Shown: piece by piece, positions 35,801-43,033 of the stretch | Layout: every line of letters starts with the position of its first letter | How positions within the stretch are numbered: the first letter of the stretch is position 1 | Origin: Myxococcota bacterium | GTDB taxonomy: Bacteria; Myxococcota_A; JAVEVO01 | Assembly (NCBI GenBank): GCA_034005005.1 | Contig: JAVEVO010000002.1 | Location: 4,389 to 68,388, forward strand | Length of the DNA stretch: 64,000 nt | Direction: 5' to 3' | Notes under the pieces: generated by a model | The model's database searches: none | Told to the model about the DNA's origin: nothing | The model's input: only the letters and a program-made list of their open reading frames with translations | Translations under genes and position numbers: made by a program

Positions 35801-38800
35801 CCACCTGCCGGGCCGCGGGCGACTGCGCGAGCGGCGTCTGCACCGGCGGGACCTGCGCCGTGCCCACCTGCAGCGACAAGGTGAAGAACGGCAACGAGAC
35901 CGACGTCGACTGCGGCGGCCCCTGCGGACCCTGTGCGGACGGGCGGAGCTGCGCCTTCGCCGCCGACTGCCTCAACAAGATCTGCCAGGGCAGCATCTGC
36001 CGGGCCGCCCAGTGCGGTGACGGTCAGCTCAACGGCGACGAGACCGGCCTGGACTGCGGCGGCTCCTGCGTCGCCGACTGCGCGGACGGGCTGGGCTGCA
36101 AGGCCCCGGGCGACTGCCAGAGCGGCGTCTGCACGAACTCGCTGTGCGTCGCGGCCAACTGCGACGACAAGGTGAAGAACGGCCTCGAGACCGACGTCGA
36201 CTGCGGCGGCCCCTGCGCCCCCTGTGCGGACGGCAAGCGCTGCACCCTCGGGACCCACTGCACCAGCAAGGTCTGCACCGGCGGCTTCTGCCAGGTGCCG
36301 TCCTGCGAAGACAGCGTCAAGAACGGCAGCGAGACCGACATCAACTGCGGCGGCTCCTGCCCCAAGTGCCCGGACACCAAGACCTGCCTGCTGGGCACCG
36401 ACTGCGTCAGCAAGGTCTGCGATGGCACCTGCCAGGCGCCGACTTGCAGCGACAACCAGACCAACGGCACCGAGACCGATCTCAACTGCGGTGGGTCCTG
36501 CCCCGACTGCCCGGACGGTAAGGCCTGCAAGCTGGGCAGCGACTGCGTCAGCACCGTCTGCTCGGGCGGGGTCTGCGCGCAGGGGAGCTGCGCCGACGGC
36601 TCCAAGAACCCCGGCGAGACCGACATCGACTGCGGCGGCGGCACCTGCGGGCCCTGCGCGGACACCAAGAGCTGCCTGGTGGCCACGGACTGCCTCAGCG
36701 GGGTGTGCGACGGCGTCACCAAGAAGTGCCTGGCGCCGGCCTGCAACGACGGGGTCAAGAACGGCGCCGAGACTGACATCGACTGCGGCAGCAACTGCAA
36801 CGACTGCCTCGACGGCAAGCTCTGCTCCCTGGCCGGCGACTGCGCAAGCGGCGTCTGCGCCGGCGGCAAGTGCCAGGTCCCGACCTGCATCGACGGCGTC
36901 AAGAACGGCCTCGAGACGGACCGCGACTGCGGCGGCACCTGCGGCAAGTGCGACGACACCAAGGTCTGCAGCGTCCCGGCCGACTGCGCCAGCGGCGTCT
37001 GCACCAACAAGGTCTGCGTCGCGCCGAGCTGCACCGACGGCGTGAAGAACGGCCTCGAGACCGACCTCAACTGCGGCGGCGGGGTCTGCGGCAAGTGCGC
37101 CAACGACCTGAGCTGCCTCGCAGCCAGCGACTGCCTCAGCGGCGTCTGCGCCGGCGGCAAGTGCCAGGCGCCGGCCTGCACCGACGGCATCAAGAACGGC
37201 AGCGAGACCGACGTCGACTGCGGCGGCCCCTGCAGCAAGTGTGCGGACACGAAGACCTGCGAGATCCCTGCGGACTGCACGAGCGGCGTCTGCACCACCA
37301 AGGTCTGCCGCGCCCCGGTCTGCAACGACTCGGTGCTCAACGGCAACGAGTCCGACGTCGACTGCGGCGGCTCCTGCCCGAACAAGTGCGGCAACACCCT
37401 CACCTGCCGCGCCGCGGCCGACTGCGTCAGCGGCGTGTGCACGGGCGGCAAGTGCCAGGCGCCGCTCTGCACCGACAACGTCAAGAACGGGACCGAGACC
37501 GACGTCGACTGCGGCAGCAACTGCAGCGACTGCAGCGACGGCAAGGCCTGCTCCCTGGCCAGCGACTGCCTCAGCAACGTCTGCGTCAACAACATCTGCC
37601 AGTCCAGCGGCTGCAACGACAACGCCAAGAACGGCAACGAGACCGACGTCGACTGCGGCGGCTCCTGCTCCCCCTGCCTGCCGCCCAAGCACTGCCTGAT
37701 CCCCGCGGACTGCTCGAGCAAGGTCTGCCTCGACACGGTCTGCCAGGCTCCGGCCTGCAACGACGGGGTCAAGAACGGCACCGAGACCGACCGGGACTGC
37801 GGCGGTAACTGTGGGCCCTGTGGCGATCAGAAGACCTGCAACGTCCCGGCAGACTGCACCAGCAAGGTCTGCACCAACAACGTCTGCCAGGCGCCGGCCT
37901 GCGACGACACCGTGAAGAACGGCAGCGAGACCGACACCGACTGCGGCGGCTCGTGCAAGGCCTGTGCGGACACCAAGGCCTGCTCCGTGGCCGCGGACTG
38001 CCTCAGCAAGGTCTGCACGACCAACGTCTGCCGCGCGCCGGCCTGCAACGACACGGTGCTCAACGGCAGCGAGTCCGACGTCGACTGCGGCGGCACCTGC
38101 AACGACTGCGTGGTAGGCAACCGCTGCAACACCGGGGCCGACTGCGTCACCGGCGCGTGCGTCGATGGCCGCTGCCAGTCCGCAGGCTGCACCGACGGCG
38201 TGAAGAACGGCAGCGAGACCGACATCGACTGCGGCGGCGGCTGCGAGCCCTGCGTCAACGGCAAGGTCTGCACCCTCCCCACCGACTGCGCGAGCCTCGT
38301 CTGCACCGCGAACACCTGCCGGGCCGCGACCTGCAGCGACACGGTGCGCAACAGCGACGAGACCGACGTCGACTGCGGCGGGTCCTGCCTCGCGGACTGC
38401 GCGGACGGCAAGGCCTGCAAGACGGGCGGCGACTGCACCAGCGGCGTCTGCAACAACCTGCGCTGCGCGGCCCCGTCGTGCTCCGACGGGCTGAAGAACG
38501 GCAACGAGACCGACGTCGACTGCGGCGGCCCGTGCAACAAGTGTGCGGACACCCTGTCCTGCAGCTCGGCCACGGACTGCCAGAGCGGCGTCTGCGCCAG
38601 CGGCAAGTGCCAGGCCCCGACCTGCAGCGACAAGGTCAAGAACGGCCTGGAGACCGACGTCGACTGCGGCGGCGGCACCTGCAACAAGTGCATCACGGAC
38701 AAGGCCTGCACCAAGGCCCTGGACTGCGTCAGCGGCGTCTGCAACAGCAACATCTGCCGGGCCCCGACCTGCAGCGACGGTGTGCAGAACGCGGCCGAGA

Positions 38801-39831
38801 CCGACATCGACTGCGGCGGCGGCACCTGCAACAAGTGCGCGGACAACAAGAAGTGCAGCATCCCCACGGACTGCCAGAGCAGCGTCTGCACCAACGCGCT
38901 CTGCAAGCCTGCGCTCTGCACCGATTCCGTACTGAACGGCGCCGAGACCGACGTCGACTGCGGCGGTGGAACCTGCACGGCCTGCGCTGCCAACAAGAAA
39001 TGCAAGGTAGACAGCGACTGCCTGCAGGGTGTGTGCAACAACGGGATCTGCCTGCCGACACGAACCATCAAAGCCACAAACGGTATCCGGTGGTGGTCTG
39101 ACAACACCTATGCAACCACTTGCCTTGGCTATCGTCGGCCTCTGGACAGCAACTACACTTATGTTGGCGATACGGGCAACGGTGTCTACAGGTTGCGCAC
39201 ATCCAGCAACCCGATTGACGTCTACTGCGACATGACCACCGACGGCGGCGGCTGGACCTTCATCGGCTACTACAAGGACGGCGCTTCCGACTCACCGCCG
39301 GGATGGCACAACGACGAGTACATCTACTTCATGAACGCCCGGGACAACAAGTTCTACGGGCGTGACACCAACCTGGCCAACCCGAACTCGCCAGGAGCCT
39401 GGATGGATTGGCGGGTGCTCGAGATGATCACCTGGCCAATCGAGTATGCAATCATCCTCGACCAGAACAGCTACTCGGCTGGCTGGGAGAATCATCAGGC
39501 AAAGGTCATCTACCGAGTCAAGAACCGGAACATCATGCCGGATTACGGTCAGTCTCAGGACCTGAACAGCGGAGACAACCTGTGGTACAAGTTCCGCCCC
39601 TGGGACAACTGGACCGACGTCGGCAGCTCTTCAGCTTCGGGCTGGTATTATTGGTATCCTTACTCGGCCGGAAATGCCTACCTGATCCTCTTCCACTGCG
39701 ACAACTACCCACTGTGTGGGCATGGCGGTGGTAGCAACTACAATTATTGGAACTACTACGGAACTGGCGTGCCTGGCGGCAACAACTCGTGGTACCACAC
39801 GAGTCGCCAGCTCGTCCGCGAGATCCGCTAG
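29842..39831 (+). CDS. Giant (3329-aa) mosaic lipoprotein: (GE)17 linker, Cys-rich region, multiheme cytochrome c domain (10 CxxCH plus one CX4CH), 3 MopE-like Cys/Asp motifs, about 34 tandem 48-aa 8-Cys repeats, C-terminal fibrinogen-related domain
   Basis: Signal peptide and lipobox MRIRTLFHPLVRILLVLALSLSALPGCGG. Heme motifs CTICH, CVECH, CASCH, CSACH, CAHCH, CIDCH, CASCH, CNTCH, CYGCH, CTQCH, plus TCGKEGCH. MopE-like DGDGYCPAG…DCDD…PGA.E.CDNGIDDNC motifs. Repeats have the form C.D.V.NG.ETD.DCGG.C..C.....C....DC.SGVC....C. The C-terminus reads …IDVYCDMTTDGGGWTFIGYY…, the fibrinogen beta/gamma globular-domain signature. Confidence 0.85.
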   Translation: MRIRTLFHPLVRILLVLALSLSALPGCGGEADPGEGEGEGEGEGEGEGEGEGEGEGEGEGEGEGEGEGAPPCVPCPPGASYPCPEPCPGGAGGVMRCEQQPSGQYCWAAACDCAGCTVGQTMACTCGADPGVQNCTKSGTWGSCMKDCALPNPDGGLDLPGKAFCTPLGTWSECTSGCPETECSAGQVADPDFGCGCFDAYRENIDCTNTGLAPGAAQAFGIRVYQNGAWRWQNCQPRSCLSGYTLQGAECVQCQTADQCGPGEDLIGCLCQAVDCPPDELICQCEADVCISASCGPEFCLPANGCEAKNPAEFEASCSGGPVEEEKCTICHTGLEKAHVPFLSCVECHGGDASTVNVLQAHVAKPAAMASTWNSTDPVTGTYFNYLTHVGLEDERFDDPATPSIHEGLAWLKFSNPADLRVGGQTCGKEGCHTTILGAVTKSVMGTSAGVIGGAHYALGLGRRVNGLPIDTEAARLASVAARTTPLLDEGMVSEPNFPTGTARELAPYPTAELRDIGDSSDEGLAAMLEDTIDKACASCHVGSKGANRRAGDFRSAGCSACHVLYEDDGVSRSADASILKTEPYYDPSNPGVADAYTDIMLKPGQRPHPYQHRLTRKLPSRHCAHCHNESNWTVMQFKGQRPDPNGDLQATFGCQEGGNEDKCRYDNSLVGEKRRHGLKYHQIIDYEDLNGDGVDDTPADVHFLAGLDCIDCHTPTEMHGDGRIHSRMDQATEIRCASCHGTIDSYIDPAQSPIPNLVRQGTEARPSFYLKSKITGRLHYIYQVKDSAMDVSPGARDPRTGERVYARNASLAHGRWNGAENVDDGIGIKSLDASAPDGETTRDGFSHADTLECNTCHATWGNMCYGCHLTLSDYDPTGNEPLSDFSNVSGLLSPGKVVQKDVTFVSMLDIQLGVNSRGKVSQFTPGGKVFFRHITHPQGADDFQGSTGASYRTFNDRLGFGNRVGAGLASRDPDLGGLYNSDVRADQNGALSFNPVVSHTVQRKPRNCTQCHIPVGHTATPATDPYARQAMVTWGVVPGGASPETSAFLAEVPLTTQRDSGSTFSTSAGFLIPDMVGSDVEGNPANTFTSSPSALPGTTAGDTAAHRLDWVVLEDGFPLSSTSRPRHEPPGPLARFGAPGGGAGPLAAETLAKLKDKVRVYDFAEFTRTGNLLAPIFYQADVDDKDGDGYCPAGIDGNGDGDCSDTGEAGGTGPFDCDDTSADVNPDADEDCADTIDNNCNGLVDAQDGSCEGGLDGDGDGWCPAGQDTNGDGDCIDPGESDASGPFDCNDEDPTLNPAKSEDCFNGKDDNCNARIDAADPECSNYADKDKDGYCPAGKDNNGDGDCTDEGERPEGGPVDCDDATKTTAPGATEICDNGIDDNCDLRKDCGSGCAGCPDSSTCGVAADCQSGVCKEGRCEVPACNDTVRNGKETDVDCGGGICPACADTKACTLASDCTSLVCTGNICRAPACNDTVKNGTESDIDCGPGCSKCADFLRCTAAADCVSGVCTANQCKAPSCTDRVLNGEETAIDCGGTCTKCRDNQACASDLDCVSGVCIGAVCQAATCTDGVHNGTETDEDCGGSCRNTAKCEDYLKCTVHADCVSGVCTQNLCQAPSCTDRVKNGDETALDCGGSCDPCADRATCSIGFDCESGVCSGGTCQVPTCEDGVKNGDEADRDCGAVCPNQCATQKTCVIGDDCVSGVCENKRCQPAACDDGEQNGNETDTDCGGDCRPCDTNGSCKLARDCASGVCKQLVCKAAACNDEVQNGLETDVDCGGLCDRCADNKTCAVGTDCASGVCAGSICRKATCEDRVKNGDETDVDCGGGCPLDCAVDKGCLSGDDCLSKVCTGLKCVAATCADGTKNGTETDKDCGGGCQAKCAPEQGCTVGGDCTTGVCLAGVCQIAKCDDLVKNGQETDIDCGGGCAAKCADGKGCGLGSDCYNKVCTDKICREPACNDFVQNGNEAAVDCGGSCPTRCADLSTCRAAGDCASGVCTGGTCAVPTCSDKVKNGNETDVDCGGPCGPCADGRSCAFAADCLNKICQGSICRAAQCGDGQLNGDETGLDCGGSCVADCADGLGCKAPGDCQSGVCTNSLCVAANCDDKVKNGLETDVDCGGPCAPCADGKRCTLGTHCTSKVCTGGFCQVPSCEDSVKNGSETDINCGGSCPKCPDTKTCLLGTDCVSKVCDGTCQAPTCSDNQTNGTETDLNCGGSCPDCPDGKACKLGSDCVSTVCSGGVCAQGSCADGSKNPGETDIDCGGGTCGPCADTKSCLVATDCLSGVCDGVTKKCLAPACNDGVKNGAETDIDCGSNCNDCLDGKLCSLAGDCASGVCAGGKCQVPTCIDGVKNGLETDRDCGGTCGKCDDTKVCSVPADCASGVCTNKVCVAPSCTDGVKNGLETDLNCGGGVCGKCANDLSCLAASDCLSGVCAGGKCQAPACTDGIKNGSETDVDCGGPCSKCADTKTCEIPADCTSGVCTTKVCRAPVCNDSVLNGNESDVDCGGSCPNKCGNTLTCRAAADCVSGVCTGGKCQAPLCTDNVKNGTETDVDCGSNCSDCSDGKACSLASDCLSNVCVNNICQSSGCNDNAKNGNETDVDCGGSCSPCLPPKHCLIPADCSSKVCLDTVCQAPACNDGVKNGTETDRDCGGNCGPCGDQKTCNVPADCTSKVCTNNVCQAPACDDTVKNGSETDTDCGGSCKACADTKACSVAADCLSKVCTTNVCRAPACNDTVLNGSESDVDCGGTCNDCVVGNRCNTGADCVTGACVDGRCQSAGCTDGVKNGSETDIDCGGGCEPCVNGKVCTLPTDCASLVCTANTCRAATCSDTVRNSDETDVDCGGSCLADCADGKACKTGGDCTSGVCNNLRCAAPSCSDGLKNGNETDVDCGGPCNKCADTLSCSSATDCQSGVCASGKCQAPTCSDKVKNGLETDVDCGGGTCNKCITDKACTKALDCVSGVCNSNICRAPTCSDGVQNAAETDIDCGGGTCNKCADNKKCSIPTDCQSSVCTNALCKPALCTDSVLNGAETDVDCGGGTCTACAANKKCKVDSDCLQGVCNNGICLPTRTIKATNGIRWWSDNTYATTCLGYRRPLDSNYTYVGDTGNGVYRLRTSSNPIDVYCDMTTDGGGWTFIGYYKDGASDSPPGWHNDEYIYFMNARDNKFYGRDTNLANPNSPGAWMDWRVLEMITWPIEYAIILDQNSYSAGWENHQAKVIYRVKNRNIMPDYGQSQDLNSGDNLWYKFRPWDNWTDVGSSSASGWYYWYPYSAGNAYLILFHCDNYPLCGHGGGSNYNYWNYYGTGVPGGNNSWYHTSRQLVREIR
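29941..30042 (+). repeat. In-frame (GGCGAG)n-type hexanucleotide microsatellite encoding (Gly-Glu)17
   Basis: Eight perfect ggcgag units followed by degenerate ggtgag/ggcgaa/ggggag/ggagaa units. It encodes GEGEGE…. Confidence 0.9.
34015..39054 (+). repeat. About 34 tandem copies of a roughly 147-bp coding repeat (48-aa 8-Cys module)
   Basis: Periodic NG.ETD.DCGG and DC.SGVC codon blocks recur every 140-150 bp. This periodicity generates the long spurious out-of-frame and antisense ORFs in the track. Confidence 0.85.
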
Positions 39832-39838
39832 CCTTCCT

Positions 39839-39869
39839 CCCCCGGGGCGGCCCCCTGCCACCCCGGGGG
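39839..39869 (+). terminator. GC hairpin just downstream of the giant gene stop (candidate terminator, no T-tract)
   Basis: cccccgggg (39839-39847), a 13-nt loop, then ccccggggg (39861-39869). It sits between convergent genes (giant gene end 39831, dppF-like end 40036). Confidence 0.3.
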
Positions 39870-40035
39870 GGCCTTCCCCGCTCAGCCCTCATCCCCCCTG
39901 CTGACCAGCCCCCGACCACCCTCCAGCGCAGCCGTGCGCGCGGCGAGGCCGACCACGCCCACCAGGAGCTACGGCGCTGGGGCGGGACGGGACACCGTGT
40001 CGATCAGGAGGGGATCCGCGCCGGGTGGCGGGGGC

Positions 40036-41037
40036 TCAACCTCGCCGGTGGCACCAGACGCGCCGCCCGCTGGTCACGACCGGGGGGGGCGGCGTCTCCC
40101 GGCAGCGGGGCAGCCGCTCCGGGCAGCGCGCCGCGAAGGGACAGCCGGCCGCGTCGGCGACCGTGCGGGGCGCCGACGACGGGAGCGCGCCCGCGAGGAC
40201 GCCCGGGCCGTCGGTGGGCCCGGCCGGCTCCCGCCCCGGCCCCCGCAGCCCGGGCACCGCGGCCACCAGCAGGCGGGTGTAGGGGTGCTCCGGTGAGCAG
40301 ATCAGCTCGTCGAGCGGCCCCTCCTCCATGGGCCGGCCGCCGAGCAGCACCAGCCCGCGCCGGGCGAGCCGGCGCACCACCCGCAGATCGTGGGAGATCC
40401 AGAGCAGGGCCAGCCCCCGCTCCCTCTGCAGCTCCCGGAGCAGCTCCAGGATCCGCCGCTGGGTCGAGACGTCCAGGGCCGAGGTGGGCTCGTCCGCGAC
40501 GATCAGCTCGGGCTGCGTGGCGAGGGCGCGGGCGATGCCGACCCGCTGCCGCTGCCCTCCCGAGAGCTCGTGGGGGTAGCGCTGGCCGAGCTCCGGCGGC
40601 AGGCCGACCTCCCGGAGCAGCCGGTCCGTCTCCCCGGTCAGCTCGGCCCGGGCGACGAGGGCGTGCAGCCGCAAGACCGCGGCGAGGTGTTGCTGGACCG
40701 TCCAGCCCGGCGTCAGGGAGCCGAGGGGATCCTGGAAGACCGCCTGGAAGCGGGGCCGCACCCGCCGCAAGGCCCGTCCCCGGAGCCGCAGCAGGTCGAG
40801 CCCGGCGAAGCGCAGCTCCCCCGCGTCCGGCTCCTCGAGGCGCAGGATCAGGCGACCAAGGGTACTTTTGCCACTCCCCGATTCGCCCACTAGAGCGAAC
40901 GTCTCACCCGCAGCGATCTCCAGATCGACCCCCCGCAGGGCTCGCACCCGGGCCCCGTCCCCCCACAGGCTCCCCCCGCGCCCATAGCTCTTGTGCAGCC
41001 CCTGCGCGACGAGCAGCGGCGGTATGGACGGGCTCAC
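40036..41037 (-). CDS. ABC transporter ATP-binding protein, DppF/OppF-type
   Basis: Walker A GESGSGKST, LSGGQRQR signature, Walker B LIVADEPTSALD, and the oligopeptide-type C-terminal PEHPYTR motif. GTG start overlaps the upstream gene stop (GTGA). The upper part of ORF 40036..41952 is an out-of-frame read-through of the DppD-like gene (41034..41909). Confidence 0.85.
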   Translation of the reverse strand: MSPSIPPLLVAQGLHKSYGRGGSLWGDGARVRALRGVDLEIAAGETFALVGESGSGKSTLGRLILRLEEPDAGELRFAGLDLLRLRGRALRRVRPRFQAVFQDPLGSLTPGWTVQQHLAAVLRLHALVARAELTGETDRLLREVGLPPELGQRYPHELSGGQRQRVGIARALATQPELIVADEPTSALDVSTQRRILELLRELQRERGLALLWISHDLRVVRRLARRGLVLLGGRPMEEGPLDELICSPEHPYTRLLVAAVPGLRGPGREPAGPTDGPGVLAGALPSSAPRTVADAAGCPFAARCPERLPRCRETPPPPVVTSGRRVWCHRRG

Positions 41038-41909
41038 GATGAGCCTCCCGGGCCAGGCGCGACCGGCCCGGCCAGGTCCAGCGCGTCCGCGACCAGCGAG
41101 CGGGTATAGGGATGCTCGGGCTCTCCGAGCACGGCCGCGGTCGGCCCCTCCTCGACGAGGCGCCCCTGCTGCAGCACCAGCAACCGGTCGGCTCGCGTCG
41201 CGAGCAGCCCGAGGTCGTGGGAGATCAGCAGCAGGCCCAGCCCCTGCTCCCGACGCCAGGTGTCGAGGAGATCGAGCACCTCCTGCTGCCGGGTGGCGTC
41301 GAGCGCCGAGGTCGGCTCGTCCGCGACGAGCACCTGGGGTTCGCAAGCCAGGACCAGCGCCAGCAGGACCCGCTGCTGCAACCCCCCGGAGAGCTGGTGC
41401 GGGTACGCCCGCCCCTGGTCGGGCAGGTCCGCCAACCCGACCCGCTGCCAGAGGCGCTCGGCCGCGGCCGCGGCCGCCGCCCGCGTCACCCCCCCCCGCC
41501 CGATCAGCACCTCCTGGAGCTGCGCGCCCACCCGCTGCAGGGGGTCGAGGCTGGCGGCCGGGTCCTGGGGCAAGGTGGCGATGCCCCGGCCCCGCACCTC
41601 GCGCAGCGCCCGGGGATCGAGGCTCGAGAGGTCGCGCCCCGCGAAGCGGACCTCCCCCCGGACCCGGGTGGGCGGCGAGGGCAGCAGCCGCGTGAGGGCC
41701 AGGGCCAGGGTGCTCTTGCCGCTGCCCGACTCCCCCACCAGCCCGACGGTCTCGCCCCGGTACAAGGAGAAGGAGACCCCGGTGAGGATCGGCCGGGGCG
41801 GGCCCTGCTCGAGCAGGAAATCCACTTCCAGATCGACCACCTGCAGGATCGGCTCCTCGGAGGCGGGCGGCTGCGGCCCCCCGGGAGCACACCGGGACCC
41901 GACGGTCAT
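41034..41909 (-). CDS. ABC transporter ATP-binding protein, DppD/OppD-type
   Basis: GESGSGKST, LSGGLQQR, LVADEPTSALD, and PEHPYTRSL. Confidence 0.85.
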   Translation of the reverse strand: MTVGSRCAPGGPQPPASEEPILQVVDLEVDFLLEQGPPRPILTGVSFSLYRGETVGLVGESGSGKSTLALALTRLLPSPPTRVRGEVRFAGRDLSSLDPRALREVRGRGIATLPQDPAASLDPLQRVGAQLQEVLIGRGGVTRAAAAAAAERLWQRVGLADLPDQGRAYPHQLSGGLQQRVLLALVLACEPQVLVADEPTSALDATRQQEVLDLLDTWRREQGLGLLLISHDLGLLATRADRLLVLQQGRLVEEGPTAAVLGEPEHPYTRSLVADALDLAGPVAPGPGGSS

Positions 41910-43033
41910 CCGCGGACCCCCTGCAGATCGAGTGCGTCCCGCAACCCCTCACCGAGCAGGTTGCAGGCAGCCACCGCGAGGAACAGGAACCCGCCAGGCG
42001 CGAGGAGCCAGGGAAAATCTACGAGGAAACGCACCGACTGGGCGTCGCGCAGCAACAGACCCCAGCTCGCCTGGGGCTCCTGCACGCCCAGCCCCAAAAA
42101 GGAGAGCGCGGCCTCGTTGAGCACGAAGGCCGGCAGGGACAGGGAGAGGTTGGGGATCACGTAGGAGGAGGTCCCCGGGAGGATCTGGCGGACGAGCAGG
42201 GAGGCGGGCCCGAAGCCCTGGACCCGGGCTGCGCGGACGTGCTCCCGGTCCCGCAGGGCCAGCACCAGCCCCCGGATCACCCGGGCGTGGGGCGCCCACT
42301 CCACGAGGGCGAGCACCAGGGCCAGCACCCCCAGCAAGGCCCACGGAGACAGCTCCCGTCCGAAGGAGTCCCGCAGGGCGAGCAGCAGGTACAGCCCGGG
42401 CAAGGCCAGGACCAGCTCCGTCCCCCGCATCAGCAGGAAATCGAGCCAGCCACCGGCGTAGCCGGCCAGCCCACCGAGCAGCAGCCCGAGGGCCAGGGAG
42501 AGGAAGACCGCGAGCAGGGCCACCCCCAGGCTCACCCGGGTGGCGTGCAGCAGCCTGGACAGGAGGTCCCGACCGAACTGATCGCTCCCGAGCACGAAGA
42601 GCACCCCTCCCGGATCGACGCCGAAGAGATGGCGCTCGCAGGGCAGCAGGCCCCAGAGGCGGTAGGGCTCGCCGCGCACGAACAGGCGGATCGGCCAGCG
42701 CTCTGGTCCGGCGGCGTACTGCTTGCGCTGGGGATCGACCACCTGCACCCCCGCGACCGCGAGCCGCGGCAGGACCGCGCCCTCGGCGAACCCGAGCTGC
42801 CGGAGCATGGGCGGGTGGAACGCGAGGTCCCGGCGCTGGGTGTCCTGGCGGTAGGGGGCGATGAACTCGGCGCCGAGGGCGACGAGGAGCAGGACCACGA
42901 GCACGGTGCCGCCGCAGAGGGCGCCGCGGTCCCGCCGCAGCCGCTGCCAGACCAGGCGCCGAGGCGGGCCACCACCCGCGGCCGGCGCGCGCGCCGCCGC
43001 CGGCGAGCGACCGCCCGAGACCGACGGGCTCAT
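41906..43033 (-). CDS. ABC transporter permease, DppC/OppC-type
   Basis: BPD_transp_1 core (…SLGVALLAVFLSLALGLLLGGLAGYAGGWLD…). Stop/start overlap with neighbouring genes. Confidence 0.8.
   Translation of the reverse strand: MSPSVSGGRSPAAARAPAAGGGPPRRLVWQRLRRDRGALCGGTVLVVLLLVALGAEFIAPYRQDTQRRDLAFHPPMLRQLGFAEGAVLPRLAVAGVQVVDPQRKQYAAGPERWPIRLFVRGEPYRLWGLLPCERHLFGVDPGGVLFVLGSDQFGRDLLSRLLHATRVSLGVALLAVFLSLALGLLLGGLAGYAGGWLDFLLMRGTELVLALPGLYLLLALRDSFGRELSPWALLGVLALVLALVEWAPHARVIRGLVLALRDREHVRAARVQGFGPASLLVRQILPGTSSYVIPNLSLSLPAFVLNEAALSFLGLGVQEPQASWGLLLRDAQSVRFLVDFPWLLAPGGFLFLAVAACNLLGEGLRDALDLQGVRG

Noticed and set aside
29692-37692. 2666-aa minus-strand ORF and many 80-650-aa ORFs between 30 and 39 kb
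   Set aside because: All are antisense or out-of-frame readings of the giant gene. They are kept open by its 147-bp periodicity and GC richness. Translations are Ala/Gly/Val/Arg low-complexity with no Cys periodicity.
34015-39054. CRISPR array
   Set aside because: Repeats are about 147 bp, contiguous without unique spacers, in frame, and encode a conserved 8-Cys protein module. No cas genes.
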